Origin: Octopus sinensis
Taxonomy: Eukaryota
Length of the DNA: 26,102 nucleotides
Assembly (NCBI RefSeq): GCF_006345805.1
Contig: NW_021834735.1
Location: forward strand, 1-26,102
Direction: 5' to 3'
In this document: positions 12,987 to 22,099 of the stretch, in pieces
How positions within the stretch are numbered: position 1 is the first letter of the stretch
How the letters are laid out: each line of letters begins with the position of its first letter
Translations under genes and position numbers: made by a program
Notes under the pieces: model-generated
The model's database searches: none
Told to the model about the DNA's origin: nothing
What the model saw: only the letters and a program-made list of their open reading frames with translations

Positions 12987-14337
12987 GGGAGTTTCTATGC
13001 AGTTGCTTGATCCCTATTTAACAAACGCCATACTCTTTAAATTAGGGACCACATGAGCCAGGGAAACAGCTTCTACAAAGGGTTTGCTTAAAATTCTTAG
13101 CTTTAAGGCTTTGGGGTTCTTTGGGTTTCTATGCAGTTGCTTGACCTTTATTTAACAAACGCCATACTCTCTTTAAATTAGGGACCACATGAGACAGGGA
13201 AACAGCTTCTACGAAAGGTTTGCTGAAAATTCTTGGCTTTAAGGATTTGGGGTTCTTTTCCAGGGATTAGAAATACTGAAGGACCGTTGCTACAATAAGT
13301 GTGTGAATCTGGGAGGGGAGTATGTTCAATAAAATTTTAACAGATCCTCCTGTATACTCCGGGAACTTTTCAACACCCCTACAAATTTGTCCCCCAAGAA
13401 GTTCCTGACTACCCGTAAAATAGGGACCACATGAACCAGTGAGACAGCTTCTACGAAGGGGTTTTGATAATTCTTGATTGAAGGCTCAACCGTCAGAGTT
13501 TTTAGAGGGCTTACAAAAACTGAAGGACTGCTGCAATAAGTGTGTGAATCTGAGAGAGGCATATCTTTATATATAAAAGAAAGGTCGTGTGTCTGTCTCC
13601 TCTGATTTAGATTCCTAACTACTCCCACATTTTGCGGTGCAGTTTAACCAAAACCGGCTATCCTATAGTCGTGATTCATATCGAGCCCTTCTGGGTATTA
13701 GCGCGCGTCTACGATGAGTCTACGATTTTAAAACAAATTTACCATAATTTTTTTCCATTTTAATGCATATTTTTTTTAATATAAGAGAAGTTACTCTCTA
13801 AAAATGTCTACGATGAGTCAACGATTTAAAAAAATTACCATATTTTTTTTTCCATTTTTAATGCATTTTTTGGCTATAACTCTCTAAAAATGCTTTATAG
13901 TTATTTCCCTTACAAACCCGAGCAACGCCGGGCGATACTGCTAGTACTGAATAAAATCATAACTAACTGATCCTCCTGTATTTTCTGCCAGGAACTTCCC
14001 AGCATCCTTCGTATTTAATATACCAGAGGGTATTGACAAGTTCCTGCTTTTAAGGGTGTCGCAAAAGGCCTGTATGAAGGCCCAACATTCCGGGTTCTTT
14101 TAAAGGGCTTAGAAAGACTGAAGGGCCACTGCAATTAGATGTGTGAATCTGAGAGGGGAATATGTTGAATGAAACCATAATTAACTGATTCTCTTGAATA
14201 TTCCAGGAACTTTTCAGCACCCACCTCGTGACTTATCGGTTGACCATACGCATTGCAGCAACCAAATTAGTCCCCCAGCAAGCTCCTTACTACCCGTAAA
14301 ATAGGGGCCACATGAACCAGTGAGAGAACTTTCTATG
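12987..14337. repeat. Old diverged tandem repeat family (D-related), interrupted by a Helitron
   Basis: taggg(a/g)ccacatga x4, gtgtgaatctg x3 and ga(t)cctcctgta-like motif x3; 135-bp-scale duplication at 12993/13124. Confidence 0.7.
13564..13944 (+). mobile_element. Non-autonomous Helitron (381 bp)
   Basis: A|TC 5' end (TCTTTATATATAAAAG), subterminal hairpin CCCGAGCAACGCCGGG (13917-13932), CTAG|T 3' end, no TSD; flanks rejoin colinearly with the sister repeat at 14151-14189. Confidence 0.88.
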
Positions 14338-14346
14338 TAGTCTCTC

Positions 14347-14917
14347 TCTCTCTCTTTTACTCTTTTAATCTTTTACTTGTTTCAGTCATTTGACTGTGGC
14401 CATGCTGGAGCACCGCCTTTAGTCGAGCAATTCTTTGTAAGCCTGGTACTTATTTGTAAGCCTAGTACTTATGTGTAAGCCTTGTACTTATGTGTAAGCC
14501 TTGTACTTATTTGTAAGCCTAGTACTTATTTGTAAGCCTATCGGTCTCTTTTGCTGAACCGCTAAGTTACGGGACCGTAAACACACCAGCATCGGTTGTC
14601 AAGCGATGTTGGGGGGACAAACACAAACACACACACATATATACATATATACGATGGGCTTCTTTCAGTTTCCGTCTACCAAATCCACTCACAAGGCTTT
14701 GGTCGTCCCGAGGCTATAGTAGAAGACACTTGCCCAAGATGCCACGCAGTGGGAATGAACCCGGAACCATGTGGTTGGTAAGCAAGCTACTTACCACACA
14801 GCCACTCCTGTGCCTATAGTAGAAGACACTTGCCCAAGGTGCCACGCAGTGGGACTGAACCCGGAACCATGTGGTTCGTAAGCAAGCTACTTACCACACA
14901 GCCACTCCTACGCCTAT
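14347..14917 (-). mobile_element. Family A SINE with an internal 19-bp array and a 100-bp head duplication; 8-9-bp TSD
   Basis: tagtctctc at 14338-14346 and 14917-14925; tgtaagcc at 14436, 14455, 14474, 14493, 14512 and 14531; ctatagtagaag at 14714 and 14814. Confidence 0.9.
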
Positions 14918-14925
14918 AGTCTCTC

Positions 14926-15265
14926 GACCTTATTCAATGTAACATCTCCTGTCTTTAAAACAGGGATCAGATAAACCTGTGGGGGAGAGTCTCTGTAGTC
15001 ACTTGATTTTAAAAAAAGGGGCCATATAGGTTGGTGAGGGAGTTTCTATGTCATCACTTGACCTAGATATAGTATGCCAAAATAAGAGAAAGAAGTGTCA
15101 CAGTTGTCGCATCTTTTATCATAAACATGCTTGATCAGAACTGACCAAGGGCTAAACAATAGCAACAAGAAAATGAACATTTAAATAACATAGTCCTTGA
15201 TACATTATGTCCGAATGAAAAAAACAGGATGGTCACATCTAGAAAGCCTCTGATCTTAGGTTAAA
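14926..15265 (+). mobile_element. Degraded family D fragments
   Basis: gagggagtttctatgt..cttgaccta; tagtccttgatacattatgtc..aaaacaggatggtcac. Confidence 0.6.
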
Positions 15266-15271
15266 TTGGCC

Positions 15272-15460
15272 TTCCGTCGGTTACGACGACGAGTGTTCCA
15301 TCTGATCCGCTCAACGGAAGAACCTGCAGGTGGCTGAGTACTCCACGGACATGCGTACCCTTAATGTAGTTCCCAGGGAGATTCAGCTTGATAGCGAATG
15401 TGACAAGAGGGAGCCTTTGAAATTACAGGTAGAGCTCATTTTTGCCAGGTAAGTGGACCG
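15272..15460 (-). mobile_element. Diverged 3' part of a family C-related SINE
   Basis: ccgtcggttacgacgacgag..tgatccg.tcaacggaa..gtggctgagtactccac..cccttaatgtagtt..ctttgaaattacaggta. Confidence 0.8.
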
Positions 15461-15462
15461 GA

Positions 15463-15885
15463 TTGAACTCAGAACGTAACGCAGACGAATACTTATTTCT
15501 TTACTACCCACAAGGGGCTAAACACAGAGAGGACAAACAAGGACAGACAAACGGATTGAGTCGATTACATCGACCCCAGTGCGTAACTGGTACTTAATTT
15601 ATCGACCACGAAAGGATGAAAGGCAAAGTCGACATCGGCGGAATTTGAACTCAGAACGTAATGGCATACGAAATACCTATTTCTTTACTACCCACAAGGG
15701 GCTAAACACAGAAGGGGCAAACAAGGACAGACAAACGGATTGAGTCGATTAGATCGACCCCAGTGCGTAACTGGTACTTATTTAATCGACCCCGAAAAGA
15801 TGAAAAGCAAAGTCGACCTCAGCGGAATTAGAACTCTGAATGGGAAGACAGACGAAATACGAAGTATTTCGTCCGGCGTGCTATG
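15463..15885 (-). mobile_element. Family B SINE, ~2.3 tandem units of 182-184 bp with a head remnant
   Basis: gaactc(a/t)gaa at ~15465, 15647 and 15831; same unit as 17694-18644. Confidence 0.85.
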
Positions 15886-16275
15886 GACACTCTTGATGAT
15901 GTAGTCCTAGATACACTATGCCAGAATAAAAGACAGGATGGCCACAGATGGAACGGCTTTGATCATAGGCCTGCTGGATCAGGACTAAGCAACAACAAGG
16001 AAGGACACATTTGATAATGTAGTCCTAGATACACTATGTCTGAATACAGACAGATGGTCACAGTTGTAAAAATCTTCGGTCATGCATCTGCTGGATCAGG
16101 GATGACCTGGGGCTAAATAGCAAAAACAACAGCGAAAACAAATGCAAAACAAGGCTGGATACATGAGATAACGTGTTCCGAGAGACACTATGTCTCATTA
16201 AATGTCGGAACTGTCATGGCGGGCAGAGGCTTTGATCTTAGATCAGGCTCATTACGACAGACCTGGGGCAAAAAC
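15886..16275 (+). mobile_element. Three tandem diverged family D 3' tails
   Basis: gtagtcctagatacactatg at 15901 and ~16019, degraded at ~16173; each ends in gacctggggctaaa-like sequence plus (caa)n. Confidence 0.7.
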
Positions 16276-16299
16276 GCCACCACCACCGCCGCCACATCG

Positions 16300-16493
16300 A
16301 CACAAACGCTACCAACGTTATGATCAAAAATGGCCGCCGTACATGCAGACGACACAAACGCAATGGATTTGGTTTAGGAATAAAATAAAAACGACGCCAA
16401 CCAATCGTGGATGATTTGTGATGGGAATGGTGTTTTAGTATTCGTGTGGAGTGTGGAAAGATGTTTAGTGGTGGTGGTCGAGAGAAGGTGAGT
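16300..16493 (+). promoter_or_regulatory. Candidate promoter/first exon (speculative)
   Basis: Unique and CpG-containing; YY1-like AAAAATGGCCGCC (16326-16338), CCAAT (16401), consensus donor AAG|GTGAGT (GT at 16488). Confidence 0.25.
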
Positions 16494-16559
16494 GGCTAGA
16501 TCGATGTCGTCTCGGTATAGTTGTTCACTAGACAGGGTACATGATGTGCATGTGGATGT

Positions 16560-17325
<766 letters not shown>

Positions 17326-17329
17326 TATA

Positions 17330-17693
17330 CCAAGAAGCAGTTTAAGCGATCGATATAAATCCCGACGGTGATCTATTTGAAAGTTTTAGTAAACAGCTCA
17401 ATGAAGCCGCTTTCTTCTTCCGTTGAGATTTATTCGAGGAAAAACACCGGAACTAGTTTCAGAAAAACGAAGGAGTTGTGCCAATGTTGTTGGCAGAAAA
17501 GAACGTGGCAGTTCCCGAGCTGATTTCTTGTTCCGTGCCAGGACGTGAACGGGATAAGCTGGAGAAGGATTTTGAAGAATTGCAAGGCTAAGGTCCGGCG
17601 AAATTTGTGGGCAGTAAAGGATGCGGCGGCGTTGCGAAGAAAAAGAAACAAACAAGAACGTGAAATTTTGACATTTTGCTGTCGAATGAGATG
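17330..17693. promoter_or_regulatory. Unique CpG-rich island, candidate promoter/UTR
   Basis: Many CpGs relative to the flanks; DRE-like ATCGATA near 17349, ETS-like CTTCCG (~17418) and ACCGGAA (~17446). Confidence 0.25.
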
Positions 17694-18644
17694 TTCTTTT
17701 CTACTCAATGCACAAGGCCCCGAGATTTTGGGGGAGGGGGGCAGTCGACTAGATCGACCCCGGTCCGCAACTGGTACTTAATTTATCAACCCCGAAAGGT
17801 TGAAAGGCAAACTCGACCTCGGCTGAATTTGAACTCAGAACGTAAAGACAGACGAAATACTTATTTCTTTACAACTCACAAAGGGCTAAACACAAAGGGG
17901 ACAAAAAAGGAAAGACATAGGTATTAAGTCGATTACATCGACCCCATGCGTAACTGGTACTTAATTTATCGACCCCGAAAGGATAAAAGGCAAACTCGAC
18001 CTCGGCGGAATTTAAACTCAGAACGTAAAGACAGACGAAATATCTATTTCTTTACTACCCACAAGGGGCTAAATACAGAGAGGACAAACAAGGACAGACA
18101 AACGGATTAAGTCGATTATATCGACCCCAGTGGGTAACTGATACTTATTTAAACGACCCTCAAAGGATGAAAGGCAAAGTTGACCTCGGCAGAATTTGAA
18201 CTCAGAACGTAACGGCAGACGAAATAACTTTTTCTTTACTACCCACAAGGGGCTAAACACAGAGGGGACAAACAAGGACAGACAAACGGATTAAGTCGAT
18301 TATATCGACCCCAGTGCGTAACTGGTCCTTAAATTATCGACCCCGAAAGGATGAAAGGCAAAGTCGACCTCGGCGGAATTTGAACTCAGAACGTAAAGAC
18401 AGACGAAATAACTTTTTCTTTACTACCCACAAGGGGCTAAACACAGAGGGGACAAACAAGGACAGACAAACGGATTAAGTCGATTATATCGACTCCAGTG
18501 GGTAACTGGTACTTATTTAATCGACCCCGAAAGGATGAAAGGCAAAGTCGACCTCGGCGGAATTTGAACTGAGAACGTAACGGCAGACGAAATACCGCTA
18601 AGCATTTCTCCCAGCGTGCTAACGATTCTGCCAGCTCGCCGCCT
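17694..18644 (-). mobile_element. tRNA-derived SINE, family B, with 5 tandem units (183-184 bp)
   Basis: Head aggcggcgagcTGGCAGAATCGTTAG (rc 18620-18644), B-box AGTTCAAATTCC (rc 18559-18570); unit marker at 17831, 18014, 18198, 18382 and 18566; tail ccttgtgcattgagtagaaaaga. Confidence 0.9.
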
Positions 18645-18648
18645 TCAA

Positions 18649-19100
18649 TCTTTTCTACACTAAGCACCAGGTCCCAAAATTTTTGGGAGGGGGCCAGTCA
18701 ACTAGATCGACCCCAGCACGAAACTGGTACTTAATTTATCGACCCCGAATTGGATATTATAAGATTCCTGTACCGCTAGTTTCGCGCACCAACTTAAATG
18801 GTCTGGCCATCATCTTGTAGGCTTTGTTGTTGCATGGTGGGCAGGAGGAAGGAAAACATGTCCAGTTTCAAAGGCAATATTTGTTTTCAAATTTGGACAC
18901 ACGGCCATCGTATTCGACGGAATTTGAACTCAGAACGAAGCGTTGGCACTAGCCAGCAAGTTCGGAGGAGGAGGAGGGAAGGTGATTGCATAACCTTAGT
19001 GCCTGACTGGTACTATTTCATCTACCCCGAAAGGGATACAAAACAAAGTTGACCTCAAGCGGAATTTGAACTCAGAACGCAAGGACGGACGAAATGCCGC
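18649..19100 (-). mobile_element. Truncated and diverged family B fragments around a ~155-bp unique gap (18750-18905)
   Basis: tcttttctac..tttttgggagggg..agatcgacccc; cggaatttgaactcagaacg at ~18908 and 19060. Confidence 0.75.
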
Positions 19101-19109
19101 CAACCTGTT

Positions 19110-19606
19110 CGTTCCGAGTTCAAATTCCACCGAAGTCGAGTTTGCCTTTCATCCTTTCGGGGTCGATGAAATAAGTACCAGTTGAGTACTGGCGCTCGAT
19201 GTAATCGACTTAATCCGTTTGTCTGTCCTTGTTTGTCCCCTCTGTGTTTAGCCCCTTGTGGGTAGTAAAGAAATAGGTATTTCGTCTGTCTTTACGTTCT
19301 GAGTTCAAATTCCGTCGAGGTCGACTTTACCTTTCAACCTTTCAGGGTTGATAAATTAAGTACCAGTTTCGTACTGGGGTCAATCTAGTGGACTGGTCCC
19401 CTCCCCCCAAATTTCGGGAATTGTGCCTTCTTCCAACTCTCCGTTCTGAGTTCAAATTCCACTGAGGTCGACTCTGCCTTTCATTCTTTCAGGATCGATA
19501 CAAGAAGTACCGATTGAAAACAGAGATTGATGTAATCGGTTTAAACACCCCACCACCACCACCATCCCGAACTTGCTGGCGTTGTGCCAAAATCAGAAGC
19601 CAATAT
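19110..19606 (+). mobile_element. Two family B copies in the opposite (+) orientation
   Basis: cgttc(c/t)gagttcaaattcc at 19110, ~19295 and 19442; tails ccccaaatttcgggaattgtgcc and cccgaacttgctggcgttgtgcc. Confidence 0.85.
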
Positions 19607-19738
19607 TAAGAAAGAGCTTAAAATGATCGATAACAATACTAACACTGGAGAAGATTTTCTATCAGATACGGAACTGCGAAAGAATCTGATTGCTGCTGGT
19701 ATAAAAAAAAAATCGAAAACAATAAGGTTACATGCACT

Positions 19739-20079
19739 GGTTTGGTGTTGGAAAAGGGCTTTGGTGTTGGCGAAGGGCTTTGGTGTTGGCGAAGGGCTTT
19801 GGTGTTGGCGAAGGGCTTTGGTGTTGGCGAAGGGCTTTGGTGTTGGCGAAGGGCTTTGGTGTTGGCGAAGGGCTTTGGTGTTGGCGAAGGGCTTTGGTGT
19901 TGGCGAAGGGTTTTGGTGTTGGCGAAGGGTTTTGGTGTTGGCGAAGGGCTTTGGTGTTGGCGAAGGGCTTTGGTGTTGGCAAAGGGCTTTGGTGTTGGCA
20001 AAGGGCTTTGGTGTTGGCGAAGGGCTTTGGTGTTGGCGAAGGGCTTTGGTGTTGGAGAAGGGCTTTGGTGTTGGAGAAG
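19739..20079 (+). repeat. 19-bp minisatellite (ggctttggtgttggcgaag), ~18 copies, derived from the LWCWRR codons of the RTE ORF
   Basis: Period 19 (19801/19820); the last unit reads straight into LINE coding sequence. Confidence 0.92.
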
Positions 20080-20575
20080 ACTCTTACGGATTCCATGGAG
20101 AGCGAGGCTCACAACGGAGAAGTTCTTAAGCAGATCAGGCCGAAACTGTCGCGAGAAGCTAGGATTACCAAACATAGATTGGCATATTTCGGTCATATTA
20201 TGCAGAGAAAATCCCTGGAGAAGGACATCATGCTCGGAATGGTCAGTGGCAAGAGAGGAAGAGGCCGACCAATGGAGAAGTTCTTAAGCAGATCAGGCCG
20301 AAAATGTCGCTAGAAGCTAGGATCACCAAGCAAAGATTGGCATACTTCGGTCATATTGTGCGGAGAGAATCCCTGGAGAAGGACATCATGCTCGGAATGG
20401 TCAGTGGCAAGAGAGGAAGAGGACGACCAAGAACCTGCTGGCTTGACACCATCAAGAGTGATACCGGAATGGACATGGCCAGTCTGAAGGAAGCGGCCCA
20501 GGATAGAACTGACTGGAGGACACTGATCCATCGAGTAACCTAGAGCCGACTTCGACTGAGTGGATGGATGGATGG
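20061..20575 (+). mobile_element. 3' fragment of an RTE/BovB-clade LINE (C-terminal end of the RT ORF, pseudogenised) with a (GGAT)n tail
   Basis: LWCWRRLLRIPWRAR.../YFGHIMQRKSLEKDIMLGMVSGKRGRGRP/WLDTIKSDTGMDMASLKEAAQDRTDWRTLIHRVT*SRLRL parallels the BovB-type C-terminus (LWCWRRLLR.PW, YFGH..RR..SLEK.LMLG...G.RRRGR...RWLD, DR..WR..VH.V..SRTRL); frameshift near 20113, 158-bp duplication, in-frame TAG at 20541. Confidence 0.92.
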
Positions 20576-20683
20576 ATAGATAGACAGATATAGATAGATA
20601 GAAATAGATAGATATATAGATATACATACCTACATCTACACGCATACATATAGACACAAACATATACACATATACACACATAC

Positions 20684-20752
<69 letters not shown>

Positions 20753-20760
20753 TATACATA
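20576..20760. repeat. (GATA)/(TA)n microsatellite
   Basis: Seen directly. Confidence 0.9.
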
Positions 20761-21039
20761 TAAGGAGGTGCCTGAACGTTGTCTGTTCGATGATTGGAAC
20801 GATATATCCCACTCATACACCGATACACACGTACAAGTAAAATTATGTCCAAGACGAGATGGTGAAGATGCCGACGACCGCTCGGTTCAAAGTCTTCCCT
20901 TGGCCTGAAGTGGCCTGAACTCTTTACGAAACAACACCCTGTACATAACTCCACGTCCCCCTACATGGCCTTGCTTTTTGCTTTTTGAGCCCAAAAACTA
21001 ACTAAATATATAGATATATATATATATATATATATTATA

Positions 21040-21205
21040 ATATGATCGACCGCTAGCCACCAAAGCTCTATTCTCTGTTATTTTCTCCTGTTTCATTCTG
21101 ATGAAGAGCGTAGGCTCGAAACGAAAACACTTCTCACCTTCCGAGCGTTAAACTGATACACCTGTTTGTTGTTTACACACTTCTCTTCGTCTATGGTAAA
21201 TTCCA
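21040..21205 (+). other. Penelope-like-element-type end fragment carrying a minimal hammerhead ribozyme-like motif (core 21098-21123)
   Basis: CUGAUGA-A-[GAGC-GUAG-GCUC]-GAAA-CG; the expected cleavage-site U after GAAACG is absent in this copy. Confidence 0.6.
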
Positions 21206-21206
21206 A

Positions 21207-21238
21207 CTACACACACACATATATATATATACATTCAT

Positions 21239-21273
<35 letters not shown>

Positions 21274-21530
21274 AGAATGTATGTATATATGTACGCGTGT
21301 ATGGATACATTTATATGTGTGTATATATATATATATATATAATATACACATTTATATATACGTACAAATGTATTTACATATACACACGTACACATAAACA
21401 AATGCACACATTTGTATCTGCGTTTCTCTACTCTCGATTGCGTATGTGTATGTCTGTGGGTGTATATGTGTATAAGTATATATGTGTATATATACATGAA
21501 TGTATAAATGTATGTATGTATGTATGTGTT
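21207..21530. repeat. (TA/TG/CA)n microsatellite
   Basis: Seen directly. Confidence 0.9.
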
Positions 21531-21564
21531 TATAAGTTTTTTTCATATTGTGTTAAAGAATGAC

Positions 21565-21982
21565 GCAGGGAGAAAGGGAGAGAGAGAGGAGAGCGAGAAA
21601 GAGAGAGAGGGGGAGGAGAAAGATAGAGAGGGGGGAAGGGAAAGAGAGAGAGGGAAGAGGAGAGAGAGGAGGAGGAAGAAGAGAGAGAAGAGGAAGTGAA
21701 AGAGAGAGAGGAGAGAGAAGAGAAAGAGGAGAGAGAAGAGAAAGAGGAGAGAGAAGAGAAAGAGGAGAGAGACGAGAAAGAGGAGAGAGAAGAGAAAGAG
21801 GAGAGAGACAAATATAAATAGAGTGATAAAGTCTGGCAGAGAAAGCGAGAGAATCAGACCGACAAGGATAGAGAGAAAAAGAAAGAAAGAAAGAAAGAAA
21901 GAAAGAGAGAGTGAAGGGGAGGATAACGGTCATGGGTGGGGCAATGGAAGGCGGAGAAGGTCAACTCAAATTTAGGCCAAAT

Positions 21983-22075
<93 letters not shown>

Positions 22076-22095
22076 AAGAGAGAGAGAGAGAGAGC
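21565..22095. repeat. Homopurine (GA/GGA/GAAA)n block including an 18-bp unit (gaggagagagaagagaaa) at ~21707-21806
   Basis: Seen directly. Confidence 0.9.
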
Positions 22096-22099
22096 AGTC

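Noticed and set aside
19584-20313. Three overlapping GLWCWRRALVLAKGFGVGE repeat proteins as a novel gene
   Set aside because: Explained by a 19-bp minisatellite of LINE origin that has no stop codon in any frame
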